Position numbers and translations under genes: made by a program. 64,000 nt of DNA from Spirochaetia bacterium (GTDB lineage: Bacteria; Spirochaetota; Spirochaetia; SP-2023): assembly GCA_965263295.1 (NCBI GenBank), contig OZ253665.1:1216001-1280000 (forward strand). The letters are read 5' to 3'. Under the pieces are notes generated by a model, which worked only from the letters and a program-made list of their open reading frames with translations, was not told the origin of the DNA and did not search any database. This document shows positions 41,640 through 50,947 of the stretch, piece by piece. The first letter of the stretch is position 1; every line of letters starts with the position of its first letter.

Positions 41640-42218
41640 CTAAGGCTCGCCCACCGCTGGCAGCCAGCGGATACAATGGCTAAGCATTTGCTTGTCATCA
41701 TCAAAAATAAAGTACGCACGGATGCGGCCGCCTTGCAGTACATAGGGCAGCCACAGGGCATCGTCTTGCCACATATGCATTAGAGGCAGACGGTCGCGCT
41801 TGCACCAAAAAGGAATGGCCTCCACACTGGGCTTCGGTTCCCCGCTCCACTCATGGGTAAAGTAGGCGCAGCAATGCATGCGCATGCCACTGGTGAAATC
41901 AAAGAAAAGATCGGCGCCGAGGCGAAAGTTGTGGGGTTCCACCGCAATCTCTTCACGGCACTCGCGCACGACACATTGCTCAAAGCTTTCACCAGGTTGG
42001 CGCTTGCCGCCGGGGCCGCTGATCATGCCGCGGGCGTAATCGCTGAGACGCTCAATTAACAACACTTCATCTGTAGCGCGGTTACTGACGTAACAAAGTA
42101 CGGCATCGACGGTAGGCCGCCAGCGAGTCCAGTCTATGTCGTGGACACTGGGAAGGCCTTGCAATTGCTCTGCGTATTCGGCACAGAGTTGTATGCGATT
42201 CGGTTCCGGTTTGTTCAC
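41640..42218 (-). CDS. Nudix hydrolase (8-oxo-dGTPase/MutT-like)
   Basis: Nudix box GGKRQPGESFEQCVVRECREE; MWQDDALWLP. Confidence 0.88.
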   Translation of the reverse strand: MNKPEPNRIQLCAEYAEQLQGLPSVHDIDWTRWRPTVDAVLCYVSNRATDEVLLIERLSDYARGMISGPGGKRQPGESFEQCVVRECREEIAVEPHNFRLGADLFFDFTSGMRMHCCAYFTHEWSGEPKPSVEAIPFWCKRDRLPLMHMWQDDALWLPYVLQGGRIRAYFIFDDDKQMLSHCIRWLPAVGEP

Positions 42219-42280
42219 AATCCGACTATACCGGGTCCATTGAAAAATAACAATTCCACGCCAGCTCTGCGATTATCCCA

Positions 42281-43165
42281 TTACTCCAAGGTAATCTGGA
42301 AAGCACAGCGGAACTCCTCGCCCGCCTTTAACAACTGACTACCTTCCCGCTCAAGTAAATTAATGCTGCTCCCCAGCGTCGGCGCAACGCCATACCACGG
42401 CTCAATACACAGGTAAGGCTCACAAGAAGCCAGATATGTCCACAACGTGCAGTATGGAAACCCCGCAAACGCGATACTAACCTGGCGCCCATCCTTAGAA
42501 CTGCGGATGCTGATGCGCTCGGAAAGCAGGTTTTTAAACACGATGGACCCTGCGGCAAAAAAACTGTGTCGCAGTTCTAGCCTGCGGCCCTCGGTGCGAA
42601 ACGCTACTGTCTCGCCACTCAATGGGCCGGCGCTGGTCTGCAAATAGCGAACGGTATCTTCTTCTCGCGCAAATTCCAGCTCGTAGTCACTAAAACTCAA
42701 GTCCGGCGCAATCGGAACGCGAAACGCCGTATGGCTGCCAATGGCAAACGGCATCAGGCGCTCTTTTTCCTTGTTGATCACACGATAACTGCATTCCAAC
42801 TCCGCGCCACGAATGCGATAACCTGCCTCCAAAGCAAATCGAAACGGATATTGCCTCAGGCTGTCTTCGGTCTCCTCCAGGCGGAAGAGCAGAAAGTCCC
42901 CTGCCGATTCAGCCAACTGCCATTCCGAACGACGTGCAAAACCGTGCTGCTTCATCTGGTAGTCGCGTCCCGCGAGCTCATATCGACCTTCCAATAGGGG
43001 CCCTATGATAGGGAACAGGATTGGCGCGCGCCCGTTCCAAGTAGCAGGATTACCCGGCCACAGGTATTCCGTCTGATGGTCGCGGCGCTGCATTGAACTG
43101 AGCTCGGCACCAAATGAATCGACCGCAATGCTCAATAAATCAGCTGAAATTTTATGTATCGCCAT
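42281..43165 (-). CDS. Aldose 1-epimerase family protein (LacX-like)
   Basis: GAELSS, APILFPIIG, QHGFAR, YPFRF and YLCIEPW motifs. Confidence 0.9.
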   Translation of the reverse strand: MAIHKISADLLSIAVDSFGAELSSMQRRDHQTEYLWPGNPATWNGRAPILFPIIGPLLEGRYELAGRDYQMKQHGFARRSEWQLAESAGDFLLFRLEETEDSLRQYPFRFALEAGYRIRGAELECSYRVINKEKERLMPFAIGSHTAFRVPIAPDLSFSDYELEFAREEDTVRYLQTSAGPLSGETVAFRTEGRRLELRHSFFAAGSIVFKNLLSERISIRSSKDGRQVSIAFAGFPYCTLWTYLASCEPYLCIEPWYGVAPTLGSSINLLEREGSQLLKAGEEFRCAFQITLE

Positions 43166-43222
43166 GAAACTTTCCCCTTTTAATCCTCGACAACTCGATA
43201 TTAAATTGTTATTTAATCAATA

Positions 43223-44521
43223 TTAAAATGGTTTAAAATCTTCTCCAGGCTTGTGCGCATCAGTCGGGGCGGAGTTCTTTGAATGTTTCGCAGCCAGCTT
43301 GGCGCGGTCTCTGGCCAAACTCTCTGTATCGTGTTCACTCTCGACATCATTCAGGTTGATCTGCTGCAACTGCACCAACATTTCCCGTTTTTTGGCCATG
43401 ACCATGGTCTTGGTAATCCGCCCCTTGGGGCGGGGATGAGGGGGGGCATCTCCCACCTGGATAATCAAGCGCTTGGTCGAAAGCCACTTCAAGTCCGTCA
43501 AAGCCGAATAAATACCTTCATAAACCGCTTCGGGCTTGTCTCCCCCCCCATGTACCGTGATATTATCCAAAATTTTTTGCACCTCGGTCAAATCACTGTT
43601 AAAGTCAAAAGGTTTGACCAGATACTCTTCACCGTAATCGCGATATAAAACGACGCCAATCCGAAAGCCATCGAAACTGGCAATCTTTTGCTCGACGAGC
43701 GGAATCAACTCATTGCGCAAGAACTCAACATTGTCGCGCATACTGATGGTCGTATCCAAAACCAAGGCCACATCAATGTTGTTACGGCTCAGGTCGTCGA
43801 TTTTCTGGTCTATATTATTCAATGCCGAAATCGCTGCCGACGGCAAGTTTTTGTCTTCTTTCTTGACCAAAACTGGTTCGGCAATTTCCTCGGCGGGAGC
43901 CACTTCAGGCAAAGTTTCCACCGGGGTTTCACGTTTCTTCTCCGGGATATTGGACATCGACAACACAAAAGGGTTATCCCGATAAGCTCCTGAATAATCG
44001 GCGTAAGCCTTGCTGAAAGTACGGACATTCAACCAGGAACCCCGACCGATGGTTTTGCTGCCATTTCGACTCCATGGATAGCCGTAGACCACCGTAAAAG
44101 GGATAAAAACATGAAAGGCCCCGCGCGGAAAATACGGGTTACTTTGCGGAGTGGAGTCGATCAGAGAATGCAAGTTTGCAGGCAAAAACTTGCCACTTAA
44201 CAAACGCTTTTCATCGCCATTGTAGCCGTTATACGAAGGTGCCCGCAACGCGTAGACGTGCTGTTTCCTCGCCGGGTCATCCGTGTGATCTGTAATCAGG
44301 ATAGAGGCTATATCCGGCTTGTTTTCAACCCACAAGTGGAGTCCTTTGTCGCCGGGCCTATACTCAATATAGAGCTCCCCCGGCTGTAGAGCGATATCTT
44401 CCCCCGTTGCAGCCCCTTGGGCCGTAAGCTTAAAGCAAATCAGGGCCAAATACAACGCCAAATAAACGGAGAAAAATGCGATGCTAAACCGGGAATGTAT
44501 TCGAATACCTAGCTGCTTCAT
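43223..44521 (-). CDS. Secreted vWA-domain protein
   Basis: Signal peptide; MIDAS LVLDTTISM; YRDYG, GGGDKPEAVYEG and GDAPPH motifs. Confidence 0.85.
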   Translation of the reverse strand: MKQLGIRIHSRFSIAFFSVYLALYLALICFKLTAQGAATGEDIALQPGELYIEYRPGDKGLHLWVENKPDIASILITDHTDDPARKQHVYALRAPSYNGYNGDEKRLLSGKFLPANLHSLIDSTPQSNPYFPRGAFHVFIPFTVVYGYPWSRNGSKTIGRGSWLNVRTFSKAYADYSGAYRDNPFVLSMSNIPEKKRETPVETLPEVAPAEEIAEPVLVKKEDKNLPSAAISALNNIDQKIDDLSRNNIDVALVLDTTISMRDNVEFLRNELIPLVEQKIASFDGFRIGVVLYRDYGEEYLVKPFDFNSDLTEVQKILDNITVHGGGDKPEAVYEGIYSALTDLKWLSTKRLIIQVGDAPPHPRPKGRITKTMVMAKKREMLVQLQQINLNDVESEHDTESLARDRAKLAAKHSKNSAPTDAHKPGEDFKPF

Positions 44522-44742
44522 ATCCCCCTCCCGAGCTGCCATGAATCACTATTGTTCTCAGCAATCTCCAAAATGGGAACTCTTTTTGCTCGCATTTATG
44601 TTATTTAGCAAAAAAAAGGAGAAAAACAAGCAATTTTTTAAAAAAATCGTCCGTTTTTTATTCATTTTTTCTCCTTTTGTAACAATAGGAGACAAGACAT
44701 ACAGATGGACAGGCCAATAAGGCGCGAGAACAAAAAGGCCAA

Positions 44743-45873
44743 ATGGCTTATTTCCTACAGTCCTGTATGACTTTGATCAAAGCACGGGAGAATAGAAATT
44801 TGGTCCGACTCTTATCCTGCAAGCCGCCGCGGCATACAGTTGTTGTATTTATTATTTCGCTGTTACTTCAAAGCTGCAAGCTGGATCCCAACGCAAGAGT
44901 TCTGGGGCTGGCCCCGCGCGACACAAGCCCCCCCGTTCTAACGAGTCGACAAAGTTTTGAAGATCACTTTATACTGCACTTTGATGAGCCCCTGAAGGCC
45001 GCTAGTCTCTGCAAAATCAAGCCTCAATTGGCTTTTAATCCAGAGGAAGTCGCCCACATTAGCGGCAAAACTCTGACCATTCAGCTCAAAGAGAAAACCA
45101 TTCCAGGGAGATCTTATCTCATGCAGATTTCCGTCGCAGACAACCATTACAACACCCTGAATTTCCTGCTGCGCGTCTATGGCAAAAATAGCAACCCAGC
45201 CCGCCTGCTAATTAACGAGCTGAACCCCGAAGGCAGTAAAAGTTCAAACTCGCCAGAACTTATCGAATTTTACGTACTGGAGGGCGGCAATATCGGCGGC
45301 CTGACTTTTACCGTTGGAAGTCTGGAGGAAAACAAAGGCGATTTTGTCTTTCCGACGCTGGCTGTCTCCAGCGGCGACTACATTCTGCTGCACACTCGCT
45401 GGGACCCCCAAAATAAATATGATATCCGGCGCGTGGACGAAACGCAGAGCAAAGACCAGGCCAACGCCCGCCTGAGCAGCGACGACGCCTGGGACTTTTG
45501 GGCCGACAAGATATCGGGCCTGAGTAGTACCAACGGAGCCCTGGCTATCTATAAATCACCTCAAGGTGGCCTGCTGGATGCCGTGATCTACTCGACTTCA
45601 GAGACAGCTGAACGCTATCGCGGCTGGAAGACTTCTTACCTTGAGCGTCAGGTCGACCGCTTGGCAGAACTAGGGGCCTGGCGAGGAGAAAATCAGCTGC
45701 TTGTACCCGAAGATGCCATTCGTTCCAAAGACTCTAGTGGCACGCGCAGCCTTTCGCGTGTACACGATGACGGCATGCCCACAGACACAGACAGGGCAAC
45801 AGACTGGATAGTAGTGCCCAACGGCAAATACAGTTTTGGCAGAGTCAACATCCTAGAACGTTATATAAAATAA
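44743..45873 (+). CDS. Lipoprotein with Ig-like and lamin-tail-like domains
   Basis: Lipobox LLQSC; DTSPP..LHFDEP; LLINEL...ELIEFY. Confidence 0.65.
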   Translation: MAYFLQSCMTLIKARENRNLVRLLSCKPPRHTVVVFIISLLLQSCKLDPNARVLGLAPRDTSPPVLTSRQSFEDHFILHFDEPLKAASLCKIKPQLAFNPEEVAHISGKTLTIQLKEKTIPGRSYLMQISVADNHYNTLNFLLRVYGKNSNPARLLINELNPEGSKSSNSPELIEFYVLEGGNIGGLTFTVGSLEENKGDFVFPTLAVSSGDYILLHTRWDPQNKYDIRRVDETQSKDQANARLSSDDAWDFWADKISGLSSTNGALAIYKSPQGGLLDAVIYSTSETAERYRGWKTSYLERQVDRLAELGAWRGENQLLVPEDAIRSKDSSGTRSLSRVHDDGMPTDTDRATDWIVVPNGKYSFGRVNILERYIK

Positions 45874-45928
45874 GTATTTTGTTTGGTATATATTGGAGCT
45901 TTTCTTGGGATTTCTATAATATCCAGTC

Positions 45929-47035
45929 ATGAAAATCCTGATTCTCGACAGTGGTGGAACTATTTCGCAAAAGCCCGATGCCCAAGGCATATACCGCCCA
46001 AGTAGCGAAGATTTTTTGGGGCCAAACAGCGCTCTACGAAAGAAACTGGAGTCGCAACCCGAACTGGAAGCTATTGAGCTCATCCGCCTCAAGCGCATTG
46101 ATTCCTCTGTCATGGACCTCGAATATCGCAAAAATATGGGCCGTATTATTGCGGAAAATATCTCTGCTTACGATGGCTTTGTCATTATCCATGGTACAGA
46201 CACAATGGCTGAAAGTGCCGCCTGTCTCAGTTATATGCTGCGGGACCTGGGAAAACCTGTAGTGCTTACCGGCGCCCAACTCTCCTATTTTGAGCGCCAG
46301 CGCGCATCGGATGCCGAACGCAATATATTTTATGCGGTGCAGTGTGCGCGTGAAGATTTTGGCGAAGTATTAATCTTTTTCGGCCACATTGCCATACGCG
46401 GTACCCGAGCCTATAAAGAAAATAGCTTCCATTTTGATGCCTTTGCCTCTAGTTCTCTGCCCCCCCTGGCTGAAGCCGGTACTATGCTGTATCTATACGA
46501 GCATCGAGTTCGCCGCAGGTCAAAAGAAAAACCCAGCGAACCTAAAACATTACAACTCTTTAGTCAATTCAACCCAAACATAGCCTTCTTCACTCCTATT
46601 TCGGGGGCTCATAACGACAAACTACTGTATAAACTGGCCGCTGAACCAGAAGTCGAAGCCATCCTGCTCACAGGTTTCGGTTCAGGCAACTTGGGACCTC
46701 AATACTTGGCTGGCATAGAAGCCGCTGTAAACCAGGGCAAGCCAGTCTGTATAGTTTCGAGCTGCATCGCTGGAGTCGGGGGCTATGCTGCCACCAGCAA
46801 ACATATTCATTCCATGCCAGATCCCAATATAGGATTGCCTTCGTCTCCCTATTTGAGCGGAGCCATGCTCAGCCAGGCCGGAGCCTGTCATGTACAAGGC
46901 ATTACCAGCATCGCCGCCGGGCAAAAAATGATGTATGCCCTAGGTCGAGCCCAAAGCGAAGGGCACCGTGGCGAGACTTTGCGGCAAAGGGTCTATCAAA
47001 TTATGCGCACTCCGCTCTGTGGAGATATCTTATGA
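45929..47035 (+). CDS. ansA: L-asparaginase type I
   Basis: SGGTI, DSS, HGTDTM, KPVVLTGAQ, SDA..N and GFGSGN motifs. Confidence 0.92.
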   Translation: MKILILDSGGTISQKPDAQGIYRPSSEDFLGPNSALRKKLESQPELEAIELIRLKRIDSSVMDLEYRKNMGRIIAENISAYDGFVIIHGTDTMAESAACLSYMLRDLGKPVVLTGAQLSYFERQRASDAERNIFYAVQCAREDFGEVLIFFGHIAIRGTRAYKENSFHFDAFASSSLPPLAEAGTMLYLYEHRVRRRSKEKPSEPKTLQLFSQFNPNIAFFTPISGAHNDKLLYKLAAEPEVEAILLTGFGSGNLGPQYLAGIEAAVNQGKPVCIVSSCIAGVGGYAATSKHIHSMPDPNIGLPSSPYLSGAMLSQAGACHVQGITSIAAGQKMMYALGRAQSEGHRGETLRQRVYQIMRTPLCGDIL

Positions 47036-47646
47036 CGACCATGCCTTCCAACGCTCTCATCAGATGCCCTTGGGCGGCAGGCCGAGGCAGCAAAGAGAGC
47101 CAAAAACGCATGCAGGACTACCACGACCGCGAATGGGGTGTCCCCATGCATGACGAAAAGCGACATTTTGAGTTCCTACTGCTTGAATCCTTCCAAGCTG
47201 GACTAAGTTGGCAGACCATATTAGATCGCCGCGAGGCTTTTCGGGTCTCCTTTGCCGACTTTGAAGCCAAACGAGTCGCCGGCTTTGACTCTAGGAAAAT
47301 AGATCAACTGCTGCAGGACAAAAATATTATTCGCAACCGCTCAAAGATTGAAGGGGCCATCCACAACGCGAACTGTTTTTTACAGATCCAACGCGAATGG
47401 GGCGGTTTTGATGCCTATATCTGGCATTTTAGCGAAGGCAAAAGTCTGCATAACCAATGGTATAAACCAGAACAAATACCAAAGAGCAGCCCTTTTTCCC
47501 AAGTCATCGCCCATGATATGAAACGTCGAGGTTTCTGTCGCCTCGGCGCTATAACTGTCTATGCACATCTGCAAGCGATTGGCGTAGTCAACGACCACTT
47601 AACAAACTGTTTTCGTTACCATCAACTCTGCCATAAAAGTACTTGA
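47032..47646 (+). CDS. tag: DNA-3-methyladenine glycosylase I
   Basis: RCPWA, YHDREWG, LESFQAGLSW, IIRNRSKI and GVVNDHLTNC motifs. Confidence 0.95.
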   Translation: MTTMPSNALIRCPWAAGRGSKESQKRMQDYHDREWGVPMHDEKRHFEFLLLESFQAGLSWQTILDRREAFRVSFADFEAKRVAGFDSRKIDQLLQDKNIIRNRSKIEGAIHNANCFLQIQREWGGFDAYIWHFSEGKSLHNQWYKPEQIPKSSPFSQVIAHDMKRRGFCRLGAITVYAHLQAIGVVNDHLTNCFRYHQLCHKST

Positions 47647-47692
47647 GGGTTAATGCAAGGTATTTTTTGAACAGATTCTAACATAAAAATCA

Positions 47693-47720
47693 TTGACAAA
47701 GTGGTACATTCCTATATAAT
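47693..47720 (+). promoter_or_regulatory. Consensus sigma70 promoter for tRNA-Gln/Glu operon
   Basis: TTGACA-16 bp-TATAAT with AT-rich upstream sequence. Confidence 0.85.
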
Positions 47721-47800
47721 TTATACAAGTTGAGGCTTTACTTAAGCTTATCCTTGTGTGGGAGGGGATGAGTGCTCTCCAATTGTTTATTTGTTGTTAT

Positions 47801-47872
47801 TTCCCGATGGTGTAATTGGTAACACTACAGATTCTGGCTCTGTCATTGGGGGTTCAAGTCCTCCTCGGGAAG
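47801..47872 (+). tRNA. tRNA-Gln (CTG)
   Basis: TTCCCGA/TCGGGAA acceptor stem; ACAGA-TTCTGGC-TCTGT anticodon arm; GGTTCAAGTCC T-arm. Confidence 0.96.
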
Positions 47873-47897
47873 TATTGGGGAAATATTTGATTTGTCT

Positions 47898-47969
47898 GGT
47901 CCCTTCGTCTAACGGTTAGGACAGGAGATTCTCATTCTTCAAATAGGGGTTCGATTCCCCTAGGGACTA
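47898..47969 (+). tRNA. tRNA-Glu (CTC)
   Basis: GGTCCCT/AGGGACT acceptor stem; GGAGA-TTCTCAT-TCTTC anticodon arm; GGTTCGATTCC T-arm. Confidence 0.96.
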
Positions 47970-48223
47970 ATTAAATCAATAAATATCTGCGGCACTCCGG
48001 TTCATTAGCGCTTCCCCCGTGAGCAATTTAAGGTGACCTAATGAGAAAATAAATTAATAAATACATTATTGCCTTTACAAGACTTATGGCGCTGCTGGCT
48101 AGGCCACCGAAAGATCGCAAGATTTGTTTGACTCGGCTCAAAGCTTACAAAAGGGAATTGCCTTAAAATCATCCTCGCCTGTTATCGGTTTTTATACCTC
48201 AGGCTTCATTGGGGGGGAATGTG

Positions 48224-49603
48224 ATGAGAAAACACAAGGACCAAGTCTCTGTCAAATTACCGCCTCAACCGTATCATCATTATAGCTACGTAACTAGTGT
48301 AGTTTTTTTATGCTTTTGTTTACTCTTGTTTACAATCCAGAGCTGCAAGTCATCTGTGAGTGAATCCCACAAAGAGGCTCTAAAAATTTTAAACTCATTT
48401 CAGCAAGACGAAACCTTAAACCTCGTCTGGTCAGAGATTTTTCGACTGTACCATCTACGCAGCGACAAGAAACCGACTCTCGTACAAACTTTAGAACCGC
48501 ATAACTTGCTCTACCGTATCAAACAACTGGAAACTATCAATAGTCTTCCCAACTTAATTTACCTGGATCCGAACAGCTCGACCGGACGTTACCTAATCAG
48601 TCACAAGCTTTTGCAAGATCTGCATATGGAACAGAAAAATGGTTATCTATCAAAACTGCCTTTTTCTGATCTCGCCCTCGTTTCCCAAGGTTCAGAAGAG
48701 AACATACTGTGGGTTCTCCCCATGGAAATTGAACTCAATGGCATTTTGTTCATAAATGACCGCCTGTTACAAAAAGAAGACTTGAGAGTACCGGAAACGA
48801 TGGAAAGCCTAGAAAAAAGCGTCCGTATTCTAACTGAACGAGGTTATGAGCATCCCTTGGTTCTGGGACATAACTACAACAAAAATATTCTCAATAACCT
48901 GCTCGGCACAATTGTAGGTCGCCATGCTAATAAGAACTTTTTCAAAAGTGCGCTCTCTGAACCAGAGTTGTACCGGGGCCAAGAGTTCCTAAGCGCCTTG
49001 CAATTATACCGCGATTACCTGTCTAAAGATGGGATACTACCCTACAAGGTTCGGCGCCTGGTCTATGGCGAAGGTCTAGTTCTCTTTAATATGGAACGGG
49101 CTGTTTTTTTACTCGGCAATTCCGCAGATGCAGAAAATTTCATTCAAAGAGACAGCTTTCGTAACTCTATCAGCTGGTATCCGCTACCAGCTGATAGAGC
49201 TCTTCAGGGAATTGAACAGCAAAAAATTTTACCGGGGAAGATCCAGCCTGGCTACGGTATTACCACTATTACCAAGCAAAATCCACAAATCCAGAGTCGT
49301 GCTGTTGAATTTCTCAATTTTATGTTTACCGATGGAATTCCAATTTATGCCCAATATGCCCACAAAGCCTCTGAGCACAGGATATTCAGTGTTCCTGTCC
49401 AATTAACTGACCAGTCAGCCTTTTATAGAAAAAAACAGGAATTTTATAGCCATATCCCTAGCTTTATTGATGAAATTCAAAACTCTATCATGAAAGAAGA
49501 CTACGAATTTTTGGAACCGTTTATGGAAGATGTACTCAAAGGCTCTAAAAATATTGATCAAGTTATAAATATCTTCTATACCAATGCGATCAAACAGAAC
49601 TAA
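48224..49603 (+). CDS. ABC transporter substrate-binding lipoprotein (sugar-binding family 1-like), orphan
   Basis: Lipobox IQSC; WVLP...GILFIN..L...LRVPETMESL, LFNMERAVFL and AVEFLNFM motifs. Confidence 0.7.
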   Translation: MRKHKDQVSVKLPPQPYHHYSYVTSVVFLCFCLLLFTIQSCKSSVSESHKEALKILNSFQQDETLNLVWSEIFRLYHLRSDKKPTLVQTLEPHNLLYRIKQLETINSLPNLIYLDPNSSTGRYLISHKLLQDLHMEQKNGYLSKLPFSDLALVSQGSEENILWVLPMEIELNGILFINDRLLQKEDLRVPETMESLEKSVRILTERGYEHPLVLGHNYNKNILNNLLGTIVGRHANKNFFKSALSEPELYRGQEFLSALQLYRDYLSKDGILPYKVRRLVYGEGLVLFNMERAVFLLGNSADAENFIQRDSFRNSISWYPLPADRALQGIEQQKILPGKIQPGYGITTITKQNPQIQSRAVEFLNFMFTDGIPIYAQYAHKASEHRIFSVPVQLTDQSAFYRKKQEFYSHIPSFIDEIQNSIMKEDYEFLEPFMEDVLKGSKNIDQVINIFYTNAIKQN

Positions 49604-49654
49604 CAATTAGATAATATTCATAAATAAAAATTTAAAACGTTAGGATATTGGATA

Positions 49655-50638
49655 TTGCAACAGATATATTCTAATAACATAATTCTTGGAGGTGCCCAGC
49701 TCGGTTTGCGTTACGGCATCACTAACGGGCATTTCCTCTCCCGTTCCGAACTTTACGAAATCCTGGATAAGGCAGCTTACCTGGGTTTAAACCGCTGGGA
49801 CTTGGCGCAAGCTTATGGCGGCGCGGAGAGTCGGGTAGCTCAGTGGTACCGTAACCGGAATTGTCGCACAAACAGACAGCTCCAGATCGGCAGTAAACTC
49901 CATATATCGCTACCGTTGGCTGAGCGACAATACGAGCGGCTGCGCCGCTGTGTTCAACACAGCCGGGCCCTGCTGGGCAAACTGGATTACTTACTGTTAC
50001 ATTCGGTGCAAACGGAACAGCCGCAACAGCAATTGGAACAACTACAGCGACTAGCCGAATCCGCGGGTGCTCGCCGCTTTGGAGTTTCCTTATATTATCC
50101 GGCTGAATTGGAAAAACTAATGTCGTCGATCGCTTGCGGCGTTATTCCCTTGCCTCAAATCGTACAGCTTCCTTACAGCATAGTAGACCGCCGTTTTGAA
50201 TCTTACTTTTTCCAGCTGCAAGAGATGGGTGTTGAACTACAGTTACGCAGCCTTTATCTGCAGGGGCTATTATTTGAGAACGAAACTAAAATACCGGCCT
50301 ACAGTCGTCAATTTGCCATGCCCCATTTATTGAACGAACTGCGGCCAATCCTCAACACTCTAGGCGATATAGAGCTCAATCACTCCCAGTTATATCGTCA
50401 AGATATCCTACTCTACAATGGCCTGAGACATATAAGAACGAAATCGGTCAAGGTCCCTGCCACTTACCTGGTTATCGGGTTGAGTAGTACGCGGGAACTA
50501 CTCGCGCTAAACAGCAGTTTACAGCGCATCGCCAATTGGCCAGATTCTTTACTCACAGACGTGCACAATATAATCGCTGCAATAGGCGCCCAGGCTAGCC
50601 AACTCAGCGAGAAGCTCCTCGTTCCCGCACTCTGGTAA
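49655..50638 (+). CDS. Aldo/keto reductase
   Basis: ILGGAQLGLRYG, WDLAQAYG.AE, LDYLLLH, QLPYSIVDRR and RSLYLQG motifs. Confidence 0.85.
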   Translation: MQQIYSNNIILGGAQLGLRYGITNGHFLSRSELYEILDKAAYLGLNRWDLAQAYGGAESRVAQWYRNRNCRTNRQLQIGSKLHISLPLAERQYERLRRCVQHSRALLGKLDYLLLHSVQTEQPQQQLEQLQRLAESAGARRFGVSLYYPAELEKLMSSIACGVIPLPQIVQLPYSIVDRRFESYFFQLQEMGVELQLRSLYLQGLLFENETKIPAYSRQFAMPHLLNELRPILNTLGDIELNHSQLYRQDILLYNGLRHIRTKSVKVPATYLVIGLSSTRELLALNSSLQRIANWPDSLLTDVHNIIAAIGAQASQLSEKLLVPALW

Positions 50639-50643
50639 AAATG

Positions 50644-50681
50644 CCGTGTCGTCGCCCGTGTCGTCGCCCGTGTCGTCGCCC
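50644..50681. repeat. 12-bp tandem repeat x3 (CCGTGTCGTCGC)
   Basis: Read directly from the sequence, immediately after the AKR stop codon. Confidence 0.92.
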
Positions 50682-50947
50682 AATGGCCAGAAGCGTAAAG
50701 CCGTCGCGCCTTCGCGTTGAAACATTGACAATTAATTTGCGCCCCCAAATCATGCGCTTGAAGATAACCATATTTCATGCGCGAGGACAATTATTTGTGG
50801 CCGTTGTTTGCCCTTCCCTCGCAGTGTCCCCCAATATCTTGCGTAAAAACGATAATTTGCCTATTTTACGACCATGCTTTCAGTGGCTATGACCACCCTG
50901 TAAACAGGGATTTCAGCCGTACTGACCCCGTCAGTTTTGAGGTATTT

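Noticed and set aside
48211..48217. G7 tract upstream of the SBP lipoprotein as a phase-variation switch
   Set aside because: Short, outside the likely CDS, and adequately explained as an SD-like sequence.
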